From an uncultured SAR116 cluster alpha proteobacterium (GTDB lineage Bacteria > Pseudomonadota > Alphaproteobacteria > Puniceispirillales > GCA-002684695), in the NCBI GenBank assembly GCA_902539295.1, contig CACBIM010000004.1, positions 12,504 through 76,503 of the forward strand: a stretch of DNA of 64,000 nucleotides. Reading direction: 5' to 3'. Numbering within the stretch: position 1 is the stretch's first letter; each line of letters starts with the position of its first letter. The notes beneath the pieces are model-generated. The model saw nothing but the letters and a program-made list of their open reading frames with translations, did not search any database and was not told where the DNA came from. Made by a program: the position numbers and the translations under genes. Below, in pieces: positions 29,722-39,952 of this stretch.

Positions 29722-30921
29722 TTATATTAGAAGTGATTTTAAATCAAAATTTTGATCTTCAATTTGTTTTTGATTAACAGATATCTTATTTTCAAAAATT
29801 CTTTTTGCAAAAGAAAAGTTTTGAACATCATTTATTGCTTCAACACAGACTAGTTTTTGATTATTAAAAGACCACCATGATTTTGAACCTTCCCTTTTAC
29901 CTTTTCTGAAGCTTGTTTCAGAATTTGGTTTATACAAGCCTACAGACTGGAATTTAACATCAAATTGATCAGACCAAAACCAGGGCTCCTCAAATTTTAT
30001 TTTTGATTGACCTAAAATATAAGAGGAGACCCTTGAAGCGCTAAATTGTGCGTGTTGTATAGACTCAATAACTATCCCATATTCAGATTTATTAAGTGCA
30101 CAATCACCAATTGCAAAAATATTTTTTAAACTAGTTTCATAGTTTTCATCTACAATTATACCTCTCTCACATGAAATGCCAATATTTTTAGCCAACTCAA
30201 TTTCTGGAGTTACGCCTATTCCTACTAATATCAAATCTGTATCAAATTTATTTTTACTTGTATTTATTTGAAAAGTACTTCCTAGCGGTTTAATTTTTTC
30301 TAATTTCTCATTACAAAAGATTTTGACACCCTTTTCTTCATGAAGAGATGTAAAAAAATTAGACAATTCCTTTGAAGCTACTCTTTGAAGAATTCTTTCA
30401 GACATTTCAATTATACTAACTTCAAAATCAGCTTTTCTCAAACTTGAAGCCAATTCGAGACCAATATAACCACCACCAATTATAGTAATATGTTTTTTAT
30501 CTAGTAAATTATCTTTTATTTTTTTTATGTCATTAAAATCTCTTAAAAGTCCTTGACTTCTAATTGGTGCTAACTCAACTGGCAATGTATTTGCTTTTGC
30601 ACCTGAAGCAATTACGAGATAATCATAATTTATTTCTACTTTATTATCGAACCTTGCTAAATTTTTATGCTTAAATATTTCTATGTGTTTAATGTTTAAT
30701 AGTATGTCAATCGAGTTATTTTCAAACCAACTTTTTTTTCTTAATTTTATATTTTCTTCATTAAAAGAGGTTTCCAAAAATTTTTTTGACAAAGGTGGTT
30801 TTTCTGTGGGAATTTTTTTTTGCTTTTCAATTATGGTAATTTTGTTCTTATAGCCACCTCTTCTTAAATTTTCTGCCAAAGAAATACCAGCATGGCTTCC
30901 TCCAATAATTAAAATGCTCAC
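29722..30921 (-). CDS. FAD-dependent pyridine nucleotide-disulfide oxidoreductase (ferredoxin/rubredoxin reductase-like)
   Basis: 399 aa. FAD motif ILIIGGSHAGISLA, NAD motif ITIIGGGYIGLELA, and AIGDCA. Confidence 0.8.
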   Translation of the reverse strand: MSILIIGGSHAGISLAENLRRGGYKNKITIIEKQKKIPTEKPPLSKKFLETSFNEENIKLRKKSWFENNSIDILLNIKHIEIFKHKNLARFDNKVEINYDYLVIASGAKANTLPVELAPIRSQGLLRDFNDIKKIKDNLLDKKHITIIGGGYIGLELASSLRKADFEVSIIEMSERILQRVASKELSNFFTSLHEEKGVKIFCNEKLEKIKPLGSTFQINTSKNKFDTDLILVGIGVTPEIELAKNIGISCERGIIVDENYETSLKNIFAIGDCALNKSEYGIVIESIQHAQFSASRVSSYILGQSKIKFEEPWFWSDQFDVKFQSVGLYKPNSETSFRKGKREGSKSWWSFNNQKLVCVEAINDVQNFSFAKRIFENKISVNQKQIEDQNFDLKSLLI

Positions 30922-31108
30922 AAATTAATACCTAATTTTGATTGAATAATCTTATTTTACAACTATCTAGAATTATTACAATTTCATTATTAAAAATTAA
31001 GGCCTCAATTTATGAGGCCTTAGGTTATTGGGAGGAAAAAAACTTATGCATTTTTAAGAACGTCAAGTTTTAAAAATGTTTAATTTTTTTAAATTTTTGG
31101 AGTGTAAA

Positions 31109-31615
31109 ATGATTAATATTTTAAAAAGAATAATTTTAGCCACAATTTTTATTATGGCCTCATTTCTAAATGTTTTTGGAGCAGGATCAGATTCAAGTTC
31201 TTCCTCCAGTTCCTCATCAGGTTATAGTTCTTCTTCGAATTATGGTAGCAACTCTGCAAATAAAGATATTATGTTGATTACTGCATCGTTAGGTAAAAAA
31301 GACTATAAGAATAGTTACAAATTAGCTAAAAGCGCTACTGTTAAACATCCAAACAACCCTGATGCATGGAATTATTTAGGCTTTTCTTCAAGGAAACTCG
31401 GAAAGTATGATGAGAGTGAAGTAGCTTACAAGAGAGCACTTTCAATTGATCCTAAGCATTTAGGAGCACTGGAATACTATGGTGAACTTCATTTAACTTT
31501 AAAACGTCCTGAAAAAGCTAAGTTATTGTTAGTTGAATTAAAAAATTTATGCACTTTAAACTGCAAAGAAATGAAACAGTTGGAAAAAGCTATACAAAAT
31601 TACGAGAGCAACTAA
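31109..31615 (+). CDS. Secreted TPR-repeat protein with Ser-rich linker
   Basis: The ORF-track start is 31076. The ATG at 31109 has GGAG 8 nt upstream and gives the signal peptide MINILKRIILATIFIMASFLNVFG. A poly-Ser tract follows, then TPR units (..AWNYLGFSSRKLGKYDESEVAYKRALSIDP..). Confidence 0.7.
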   Translation: MINILKRIILATIFIMASFLNVFGAGSDSSSSSSSSSGYSSSSNYGSNSANKDIMLITASLGKKDYKNSYKLAKSATVKHPNNPDAWNYLGFSSRKLGKYDESEVAYKRALSIDPKHLGALEYYGELHLTLKRPEKAKLLLVELKNLCTLNCKEMKQLEKAIQNYESN

Positions 31616-31700
31616 AAAATTAAATAATTAAATTATCAATCTTTTAAATCTAGTAAATTTTTATTTACTAGATTTTTTTTTTATTACAGAGTTTGTTTCT

Positions 31701-32642
31701 ATGAGTGAAACTAAAAATTATGCTGTAGCTATAGGTGGTTCAAATATTGATATATTGGCTGCACCTAAAAACAAAATAATTTCTCAGGACTCTAATACTG
31801 CAGAAATTTCTTTATCACCGGGTGGCGTAGTAAGAAATATATCAGAAAATCTATCTTTGCTTAAAAATAAATGTCATCTAATTTCGGTATTTGGTAAGGA
31901 TGAATTTGGTAACTATATTAAATCAAGAACAATATCATCAGGTGTTAGTTTAAAACATAGTTTAACAATAAGTTCTGACAATACATCATCTTATTTATCA
32001 GTTAATGACTTGAAAGGTGAAATGAGTATCGCCTTTAACGACACAAAAATTTTAAAAAATCTAACCCCTAATTTTTTATCAACAAAATACTCATTAATTA
32101 ATAATTCTTCTGCAATCATAATAGATGCAAATTTACAAGATGAAACGCTTGAATATGTATTCAAAAATTTTAAAAATAATTTTATTTTTGCAGATCCGGT
32201 TTCACTATCTAAATCAAAAAAATTGAAAAAGTATATAAAATCTATAAATGTATTTAAACCAAATTTAGATGAAGCAATAATACTTTATAACCTAAAGACT
32301 AAAGATAACTATTTTACTGAAGAATTATCAAATGAGCTAAATAAAAAAAATGAAGGGAAACTTTTAATAAGTTTAGGACAAAAAGGGGTTATTTCCTTTT
32401 ATAATAAAGAAATAAAAAAATATAAAATTAATAAATTACGTGTTAAAAATTCAAATGGAGCTGGAGATGCTTTAATGGCTGGTCTAGTTCACGGTCACTT
32501 AAAAGATTGGAGTTGGGACTATACAGTAAAATTTGCAATTTCAATGGCAAGTATTGCAACTCAATCAACTGAAACAGTCAACCCCAAAATAAACCAAAAA
32601 AATGTAATTAACTTTTTAAAAGAAAACTTTGAAAATGGATAA
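31701..32642 (+). CDS. psuK: PfkB-family carbohydrate kinase, probable pseudouridine kinase
   Basis: 313 aa. Ribokinase-like, with the C-terminal NSNGAGDALMAG motif. It overlaps the downstream psuG by 14 nt. Confidence 0.7.
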   Translation: MSETKNYAVAIGGSNIDILAAPKNKIISQDSNTAEISLSPGGVVRNISENLSLLKNKCHLISVFGKDEFGNYIKSRTISSGVSLKHSLTISSDNTSSYLSVNDLKGEMSIAFNDTKILKNLTPNFLSTKYSLINNSSAIIIDANLQDETLEYVFKNFKNNFIFADPVSLSKSKKLKKYIKSINVFKPNLDEAIILYNLKTKDNYFTEELSNELNKKNEGKLLISLGQKGVISFYNKEIKKYKINKLRVKNSNGAGDALMAGLVHGHLKDWSWDYTVKFAISMASIATQSTETVNPKINQKNVINFLKENFENG

Positions 32643-33546
32643 ATTAAATTTCAAACTTGGTAATGAAGTAAAGGAAGCTAAAAAAAATAATTTACCAATA
32701 GTTGCTTTAGAAACAACAATAATTTCTCACGGCATGCCATACCCAAAAAATGTTGAAACAGCATTAAATGCAGAGAAAATTATAAAGCAAGAAGGAGCAA
32801 TTGCGGCCACAATTGGTATTGTTAACGGTGTTATTAAAGTTGGAATGTCAGAAGAAGAAATTCATTATTTTGGTAAAGAAAAAAATATAATAAAAGTTAG
32901 CAGGCGAGATATTCCAATTGTTATTACTAAAAAGAAAAATGGCGCCACAACTGTTGCAGGAACAATGATCATTTCTGATTTAGCTGGTATTAAGGTTATG
33001 GCAACAGGCGGGATAGGCGGTGTTCACAGAGACGCTAATGAAACTTTTGATATTTCAGCTGATCTACAAGAACTAGGAAATTCAAAACTAGCAGTTATAT
33101 GTGCAGGGCCAAAATCAATTTTGGATATTAGTTTAACTTTGGAGTATTTGGAAACAATGGGAGTTCCAGTAATTGGGTATAAAACAAATTTTTTACCAAA
33201 TTTTTTTTCGAGTAAAAGTGACTTCAAAGTTGATTACAGATTTGATAAAGCATCAGATATTGCAAATGTAATTAAAAATAAAGATAAACTATCTTTAAAA
33301 GGAAGTGTTTTAATTTGTAACCCAGTTCTAAAAAAGTATTCAATACCAAATAATATTATTGAAAAAGCAATAAACTCTTCAATGCTTCAAGCGAGGCAAA
33401 ACAAAATTCATGGAAAAGCATTAACGCCATTTTTACTTGAAAAGGTATCATCAATCACCAAGGGTAAAACATTAGAAACTAATATTCAATTGATGTTAAA
33501 TAATGCTAAGTTAGCTGCAAGAATAGCTTTTGCATTAAATAAATAA
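32629..33546 (+). CDS. psuG: Pseudouridine-5'-phosphate glycosidase
   Basis: 305 aa. IndA/PsuG pattern ..ALETTIISHGMPYP.. and ..TGGIGGVHR... Confidence 0.85.
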   Translation: MKMDKLNFKLGNEVKEAKKNNLPIVALETTIISHGMPYPKNVETALNAEKIIKQEGAIAATIGIVNGVIKVGMSEEEIHYFGKEKNIIKVSRRDIPIVITKKKNGATTVAGTMIISDLAGIKVMATGGIGGVHRDANETFDISADLQELGNSKLAVICAGPKSILDISLTLEYLETMGVPVIGYKTNFLPNFFSSKSDFKVDYRFDKASDIANVIKNKDKLSLKGSVLICNPVLKKYSIPNNIIEKAINSSMLQARQNKIHGKALTPFLLEKVSSITKGKTLETNIQLMLNNAKLAARIAFALNK

Positions 33547-33556
33547 GGATAAAATA

Positions 33557-34291
33557 ATGAAAAAAGTAATAATTATTACTGGTGCTGGAGCCGGAATTGG
33601 TAAGGCTTGTTCTGAGTATTTTCTTAAAAAAGATTATAACGTTGCTTTATTGGGAAGAAATAAAGACAAATTAATTATAGATAGCAAAAATGATAATTGG
33701 ATAAGTATTGGATGCGATATCAGGAAATATTCTGATGTTAAAAATGCTTTCCAGAAGATTAATGCAAAATGGGGTAGAATTGATACTTTATTTAATAACG
33801 CAGGTATTGGTAAACCCTCAAAAACCATTGATTTGATTTCATCTGATGATTGGTTAGACGTTGTCAATACTAACCTAAATGGAAATTTTTACTGTGCAAA
33901 AGAAGCATTTTTGTATATGAAAAATCAACAACCACAAGGTGGCAGAATAATTAATAATGGATCTGTATCAGCACATGTTCCAAGGCCTGGATCTGCCCCT
34001 TATACATCTACAAAACATGCAATAACAGGATTGACGAGATCAATCTCATTAGATGGAAGGAAATTTAATATAGCATGCAGTCAAATTGATATTGGCAATG
34101 CTGGTACAGAAATGACAAAAAGAATGTCAGAGGGCATTATTCAAGCAAGTGGTGACATAAAAAAAGAACCTATTATGGATGTTAACCATGTAGCAAAAGC
34201 TGTTTATGATATTGCTGAATTACCCTTAAGTACCAATATTCAATTTATGACCATTATGGCCTCTTCAATGCCTTACATTGGAAGAGGGTAA
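33557..34291 (+). CDS. Short-chain dehydrogenase/reductase
   Basis: 244 aa with TGAGAGIG, NNAG and the YTSTKHA catalytic motif. Confidence 0.8.
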   Translation: MKKVIIITGAGAGIGKACSEYFLKKDYNVALLGRNKDKLIIDSKNDNWISIGCDIRKYSDVKNAFQKINAKWGRIDTLFNNAGIGKPSKTIDLISSDDWLDVVNTNLNGNFYCAKEAFLYMKNQQPQGGRIINNGSVSAHVPRPGSAPYTSTKHAITGLTRSISLDGRKFNIACSQIDIGNAGTEMTKRMSEGIIQASGDIKKEPIMDVNHVAKAVYDIAELPLSTNIQFMTIMASSMPYIGRG

Positions 34292-34298
34292 ACTTAAA

Positions 34299-35192
34299 AT
34301 GAACTCAAATGCTCTGCAAGGCATTTTATGGATGTTATTAACAACTTTACTGTTTGTGATGGTAACTGCCGTTGTAAGATATATTGGAGACGCTATTCCT
34401 GCATCGCAAGCAGCTTTTATTAGATATATAATTGGTACTATAATTCTCTTACCTTTCATTATCCCATTAATTAAAAAATCTATAACAAGAAAAGATTTAA
34501 TTATATATATATTCAGAGGTTTAGCTCATGGATTTGGCGTAATTCTCTGGTTTTATGCTATGTCAAGAATCCCTATAGCTGAGGTTACTGCCATTAGTTA
34601 CACAGGTCCAATTTATATAAGTATTGGCGCCGCAATCTTTTTTGGTGAAAAATTAGCCCTTAGAAGGATATTAGCTATTATAATTGCTTTTATAGGGACA
34701 CTAATTATATTAAGGCCTGGTTTCCAAGAAATATCACTTGGTCAATTAGCTCAAGTTATTTCTGCTCCACTATTTGCTATTTCATACCTATTATCAAAGG
34801 AATTAACAAAAAATCATAATTCTCTGGTTATTGTTTGCATGCTTAGTGTATTTGTTACACTTACTCTTGCTCCCCCTGCTTTATCTGTTTGGGTTCAGCC
34901 TTCAATGAAAGAAATCATTTGCCTAGGTTTTGTTGCAATACTAGCAACCTTAGGACACATAACATTAACACAGGCAATTCGATCTGCACCCATTATAATC
35001 ATTCAGCCAATAAGTTTTCTTCAATTGGTTTGGGCAGCATTAATCGGATATTTTGTTTTTTCTGAGTTAGTTGATATTTTTGTTATAATTGGAGGTCTAA
35101 TAATAATTATTTCCGTAACATATATTTCATACAGAGAAATGACATTAGAGACCAAAAATAAGACCCCGCATAATAATCTAACTAAAATTTAA
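34299..35192 (+). CDS. EamA/DMT family transporter
   Basis: The ORF-track start at 34278 is TTG and overlaps the SDR. The ATG at 34299 (MNSNALQGILWML..) does not overlap. About 10 TM helices. Confidence 0.7.
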   Translation: MNSNALQGILWMLLTTLLFVMVTAVVRYIGDAIPASQAAFIRYIIGTIILLPFIIPLIKKSITRKDLIIYIFRGLAHGFGVILWFYAMSRIPIAEVTAISYTGPIYISIGAAIFFGEKLALRRILAIIIAFIGTLIILRPGFQEISLGQLAQVISAPLFAISYLLSKELTKNHNSLVIVCMLSVFVTLTLAPPALSVWVQPSMKEIICLGFVAILATLGHITLTQAIRSAPIIIIQPISFLQLVWAALIGYFVFSELVDIFVIIGGLIIIISVTYISYREMTLETKNKTPHNNLTKI

Positions 35193-35196
35193 GAAC

Positions 35197-35829
35197 GTGA
35201 TTTGTATTGTTTGCAAACAAAATAAGGCAGTAGTTTTTAAAAATATAAAACAAAAAATATATTGGAAATGCAGTTACTGCGAAGCAATCTTTTTAGACAA
35301 AGAGTTTTATCTCAGTTCTAATGACGAATACAAGCACTACTTAACTCATAATAATGATTTAAATGATCCAAGATATAAAAAATTCTTATCAAATTTAATG
35401 CTTCCATTAATAGAAAGAATAAAACTTAATTCTACAGGATTGGATTACGGTTGCGGGCCTGGTCCCGCTCTTTCACTAATGCTTAGAGAAAAGGGCTACC
35501 AAATGTTTAACTATGACCCTTTTTTTGATCCTGAAAAAAGAAATCTATTAAAAAAATATGATTTTATATGTTGCACAGAAACAGCAGAACATTTTCACAA
35601 TCCATTTGGTGAATTTACAAGATTTAATGAATTACTTAATAATAATGGCACAATTGGAATTATGACAAATTTTCATTCTGAACAACATATTTTTGAAAAT
35701 TGGTATTACATAAAAGACCCTACTCATGTTGTTTTTTATAATAAAAAAACATTTCAAATTATTGCAAAAATTTTTGATTGGGATAGTGAGTTTTTAGGCA
35801 ATAATTTAGTATTTTTAAAAAAAAATTAA
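35197..35829 (+). CDS. Class I SAM-dependent methyltransferase with N-terminal Cys4 zinc-ribbon
   Basis: 210 aa. CxxC..CxxC (CIVCKQ...CSYCEA) followed by SAM motif I LDYGCGPG. GTG start. Confidence 0.7.
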   Translation: MICIVCKQNKAVVFKNIKQKIYWKCSYCEAIFLDKEFYLSSNDEYKHYLTHNNDLNDPRYKKFLSNLMLPLIERIKLNSTGLDYGCGPGPALSLMLREKGYQMFNYDPFFDPEKRNLLKKYDFICCTETAEHFHNPFGEFTRFNELLNNNGTIGIMTNFHSEQHIFENWYYIKDPTHVVFYNKKTFQIIAKIFDWDSEFLGNNLVFLKKN

Positions 35830-35963
35830 AATGAAGTCTTGAATTATTAAATACAAATAATGATATGTAATAAACGATGCCAATAATGGGTCGTAAAATT
35901 AAAACGATATAATGTTGCTTTTTTAAGGACATTATGAGTTCTTGCTAATTATAGGAGAATATT

Positions 35964-36422
35964 ATGACTTTTTTAACAACACCATTAATGCGTTCTTTCG
36001 TAGGATTTGATAGTTTATTTGACGAATTTGAAAGAATGTCAGAATACACAGACAATAAATATCCTGCTTATAATATCATTAAATCTGGCGATGAAGAATA
36101 TAAAATAGAACTCGCTGTAGCTGGTTTTAATGAAAACGATATTTCCATTGAAGTGAAAAAAGGATTAATGACAATAGAAGCGTCAAAGTCCAAACACTCT
36201 AGTGAATACCTTCACAGAGGAATTGCGGAAAGATCTTTTACAAAACAATTCAGACTTTCTGACGATATTAAAGTTACAAGTGCAGATTTAAGAGACGGAC
36301 TTTTAACTGTTAACCTTTTTAGAGAAATTCCAGAGGCCGATAAGCCAAAGCAAATTAAAATTAATACACCTGGTTTGATCAAAAAAGCCGCCTCTGCTTT
36401 AAGCTCAAAAAAAGTAGCTTAA
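35964..36422 (+). CDS. Small heat-shock protein (Hsp20/IbpA family)
   Basis: 152 aa with an alpha-crystallin domain (..YNIIKSGDEEYKIELAVAGF..ISIEVKKGLMTIEA..). Confidence 0.85.
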   Translation: MTFLTTPLMRSFVGFDSLFDEFERMSEYTDNKYPAYNIIKSGDEEYKIELAVAGFNENDISIEVKKGLMTIEASKSKHSSEYLHRGIAERSFTKQFRLSDDIKVTSADLRDGLLTVNLFREIPEADKPKQIKINTPGLIKKAASALSSKKVA

Positions 36423-36431
36423 ATAGAAATC

Positions 36432-36460
36432 TTTCACTGGTGGTTTTGCCACCAGTGAAA
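36432..36460 (+). terminator. Hairpin terminator after the small heat-shock gene
   Basis: TTTCACTGGTGG-TTTTG-CCACCAGTGAAA is a 12-bp perfect stem 10 nt after the stop. The trailing U-run is weak (TCTAAATTT). Confidence 0.55.
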
Positions 36461-36766
36461 TCTAAATTTGAATCGAACTTGCAAATAATTTATTAAATAA
36501 AAATTGTTTTTATAAAATAGATTAGATTTGTAAATATATATAAAAAATAATTTTAATAAAAATTATTCATATTTTGCACTATCTGATTATTTTCTTATTC
36601 TATCTTCATCAAATTCATTAAAACAAATTGATAGATATCATAGAATAAATAGCAAATTTTTTGATATCCACTTCTGTTAAATATTTTTAGTTTCCCCTAC
36701 ATTTATTGGTGTATCAAATTGTGAGAGTTTTTAAACTAAGTTAAATCTAAAACATAACCCTTTTTA

Positions 36767-37006
36767 TCAACTTAATAACTTTGACTTTGCTAGGCGTGGA
36801 TATATTTTGCTGCAACAATTGCAATTTATTTTTTTTCTTAAAAAATTTATAAAAGGGTTAAATTTATTCATAAGACGGTGTGGATGAATTTCGCTAATAA
36901 CTTGTACATTTTTCATAGAATGTATGACTTTAGAAATAATTGTCCCACCACTACATGAAAGATGGTGTAAAGTTCTTAATTTTCTCATAAGATCTATTAA
37001 AAACAT
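36767..37006 (-). pseudogene. Short ORF, possibly an N-terminal fragment of a larger (sulfotransferase-like?) gene
   Basis: 79 aa. The segment ..LHHLSCSGGTIISKVIHSMKNVQVISEIHP.. resembles, from memory, N-termini of much longer enzymes. It sits in an ORF-poor, decayed region. This is a weak call. Confidence 0.25.
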
Positions 37007-37132
37007 TATTACAATAAAATAAAATGTTTTTAATTATTATTTTTGAAATTATTTAAATTAGATAAATTTAATATACTAGTTTCATAGGAAATCTTTTGAC
37101 TATCTTTAACACCAGGCAGTTTGAAAATTATT

Positions 37133-37560
37133 TTAAAAATCTAATAAATATAATCCGCCCTTGATATATTGATCTTGATGCTTGCGGAGAGGTTTGGTTT
37201 CAAAATAACTCAATTTATATCCCAGCTTCCAACATAAACTTTTGACATATTTTCTTGAATATGAATACCTACCGGATTTGTCTTGAAAGTAACCATCTCC
37301 GTCATAATCTTCTGTTGAAAAAAATAACTTACCATTTTTTTGATTACACAATTTTATTAGTCTAAATATTTCAGATAGATCACCAGTATAGACAAAAATA
37401 TCGTTTGAGACAAAGTAATCAAAGTTCAAGTTAGTATATAAAGGTAAGCTTTAATATCTTACTTGATTAATTTTTCATAAACATTTTTTTCCTTTGTGAC
37501 ATCCAGTATTTCTTCATTACAAATTGTTGGCTGAAAAATGTTAGAAATGATATAAGGGTT
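37133..37560 (-). pseudogene. Frameshifted/truncated SAM-dependent methyltransferase remnant
   Basis: The 98-aa ORF starts at TTG and holds only the post-motif-I part (..FDYFVSNDIFVYTGDLSEIFRLIKL..GKLFFSTE..). Upstream, in another frame, I read ..ICNEEILDVTKEKNVYEKLIK*, which matches the preceding methyltransferase segment. No intact SAM motif I is present. Confidence 0.6.
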
Positions 37561-37800
37561 TTAAGTTAGTATCTAGTAAAAATTTAACACAAAAGCGTTG
37601 AAGAGAATATGATTTTTAAAAAACCTTATAATGCACGATAGATGAATATTTTTTACCACGTTTAAACATACAGATTTTATTAGGTTTTTAGAAATATGAG
37701 TTTGCTAAGCGTTATGTTCTAAATATAATTTACAAATTTTTATAATATCTAAATTAACAAAATAAAAGTACATTTTTGAGTAGAAAGTACTAAATGTATT

Positions 37801-39456
37801 TTAATTTATTGAATAAACTATTTTACCTTTCCAAATAGTTTTCTGCACTTCCATATTTGCAATTTCTTTAATATTGTAATTTTGAATTGGTTTTTCTAGG
37901 ATAATAAAATCAGCCCATTTACCGATAGAGATAGTTCCTGTTTCTTTTTCCATTCCAAGAGATTTAGCTCCATTTACAGTAAATATCGGTAAAGCTTGCT
38001 CTAATGATATTGCTTCATTTTTACCAATATACCCTTCATAATTATTATTAGGATCTTTTCTAGATATCATGCCAGCAAGACCTATCCATGGATTTGGATC
38101 AGGTGTTCCAGCTGGCCAATCAGATGCGTAAGTGACATTTACTCCTGCATTCAGTAAACTCTTTATAGGATGGCATTTTTGAACTCTATCATATCCTAAA
38201 ACATGGACTTGTGCTTTTGTCATAGGATTTGGAAACCATAATTTTGGAGAAACTTCAGCGACGACATCTAATTTTTTAAATCTTTTTAAGTCATCTTCAA
38301 TTATAAATGGGCTGTGTGCTATTTCATGTCTTAAGCCACTAAATCCATTTTTCTTTCTAGTTTTTTCTATTGCATTCAATGCCGTATGAATTGCATAGTC
38401 ACCAACAGCATGTATTTTAGTTGTAAAACCCCTGTTATCCAACTCTGCTAAGATATCAAATAAATAATCATGATCCATCAAAAGGGTTTTTTCTGGATCA
38501 TGGCTATCATTGTCATAACCACTTTGAGCTGTATATGGATGGAAGAATGAAGCAGTAAAAGTTGGAGCCACTCCATCAAGAAATAACTTGGCGAAATCTG
38601 TCCTGATATTTTCAGATTTATAATCCTTTCTTAATTTTTCTATTTTTTCAAAAGAAATTTCACCAGAAGTCAAAGGGGAAAATTTTGCTATATGCGCTGC
38701 CATGTGAAGGGTTAATTGACCAGTTTTATCATACTTCATATAAGCTGATAAATTATCTTCATCTGCCATTGGTTCTTTAAAAGATGTAATACCTAATTGA
38801 TTAAATAATTCTACAAAATGAGCAGATGCTTCCTTTAGTTGGCTTTCAGTCCTTTTTAATTTAGCCCTTATAGGCCGGCATGCACCCTCAGAAAATATCC
38901 CATTTAAATTTCCATCACTATCCTTTTGAGCAATGCCATCCTTAAAATCTTTTTTTAAGTTATCTATTCCAACTAATTCGATTGCTTTTGTATTACACCA
39001 TAAACTGTGCTGGGTTGTGTCTTCTAACACTACAGGTGTATCTGGAGCTAATCTATCTAATATATTTTTAGGGTTTTCATTAATATTATCGAACATATCA
39101 ATTCGCCAAGGTCCACCAATAACAATAGTATTCTGACTTGCCTGAGCAACTCTACTTTTAGTTGCTGCCAATAAATTATCTAATGAGGAAGTAAAATCTA
39201 CTGAAACATCAAAAAGTTTCTTACACGCTCCCCAAAGAGCATGAGTGTGGCTTTCGACTAAGCCAGGCATTACGAACTTTTTATCAAAGTTTAATATTTT
39301 AGTTCCAGGTCTCTTTAAGTTTAAGACCTCTTGATCATTACCAACTGCAATTATTTTTTCTTGAGATATAGCAATTGCAGTTGCAAAAGGGTTTTGAGCG
39401 TCAAGTGTTTCAATTAATCCATTAATCCAAATTTGATCTGGTTCAATCATATTCAT
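37801..39456 (-). CDS. Amidohydrolase family protein (YtcJ-like metal-dependent hydrolase)
   Basis: 551 aa with ..GLVESHTHA.., ..HAVGD.. and ..ASDWP.. metal-ligand motifs. Confidence 0.75.
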   Translation of the reverse strand: MNMIEPDQIWINGLIETLDAQNPFATAIAISQEKIIAVGNDQEVLNLKRPGTKILNFDKKFVMPGLVESHTHALWGACKKLFDVSVDFTSSLDNLLAATKSRVAQASQNTIVIGGPWRIDMFDNINENPKNILDRLAPDTPVVLEDTTQHSLWCNTKAIELVGIDNLKKDFKDGIAQKDSDGNLNGIFSEGACRPIRAKLKRTESQLKEASAHFVELFNQLGITSFKEPMADEDNLSAYMKYDKTGQLTLHMAAHIAKFSPLTSGEISFEKIEKLRKDYKSENIRTDFAKLFLDGVAPTFTASFFHPYTAQSGYDNDSHDPEKTLLMDHDYLFDILAELDNRGFTTKIHAVGDYAIHTALNAIEKTRKKNGFSGLRHEIAHSPFIIEDDLKRFKKLDVVAEVSPKLWFPNPMTKAQVHVLGYDRVQKCHPIKSLLNAGVNVTYASDWPAGTPDPNPWIGLAGMISRKDPNNNYEGYIGKNEAISLEQALPIFTVNGAKSLGMEKETGTISIGKWADFIILEKPIQNYNIKEIANMEVQKTIWKGKIVYSIN

Positions 39457-39552
39457 TAATGGGCACCCTCTAAATTAATAATTAAAATCTTTTTAATAAT
39501 TTTAATATAGAATAATATTATCAGTAACAAACAATCTATGAAAGGCAATTAA

Positions 39553-39939
39553 ATGGGTGAATTAAATATTGGATCAGAACGAATAATCACAGTAATTCAA
39601 TGTAATGTAAAAAGTGATCCTGAAGAATTCAAAAAGTGGATAAATGACAGAGCATCAAAATATGTTTATGAACTTAAAGAAGAAAATACAATCAGCTATG
39701 AATGGTTTCTATCTAATGATGGAAATAAAGCAACACTAGTTGAGAGTTTTACTAATAGTGATGCTACAGTTCAACGATTTAAAAATCATGGTGCTAGCCC
39801 TATAGCTAATGAGGTCGTAGAGTTTGTTTATTTTGAAGCAGTCTACTGTTTTGGAAATCCAAAAGATGACTTAAAGGAAATGCTTGGAGCATGGGGGGCA
39901 ATTATTCAAAATCACTTTTGTGGGTTTAATCACTCTTAG
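39553..39939 (+). CDS. ABM/Dabb-like ferredoxin-fold protein (putative monooxygenase)
   Basis: 128 aa. ..YEWFLSNDGNKATLVESFTNSDATVQRFKNHG.. resembles the ABM-domain pattern. Weak. Confidence 0.35.
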   Translation: MGELNIGSERIITVIQCNVKSDPEEFKKWINDRASKYVYELKEENTISYEWFLSNDGNKATLVESFTNSDATVQRFKNHGASPIANEVVEFVYFEAVYCFGNPKDDLKEMLGAWGAIIQNHFCGFNHS

Positions 39940-39952
39940 CCTAATTAATTAT

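Noticed and set aside
30999-31021. Perfect 9-bp palindrome AAGGCCTCA-ATTTA-TGAGGCCTT between divergent genes, considered as a terminator.
   Set aside because: Both flanking genes point away from it and no U-run follows on either strand. It may be an operator, but I cannot support a call.
35900-35963. ROSE-type RNA thermometer in the small heat-shock gene leader.
   Set aside because: Only a 4-bp TTCT/AGAA pairing with the Shine-Dalgarno region can be drawn, and there is no conserved ROSE hairpin with the bulged G.
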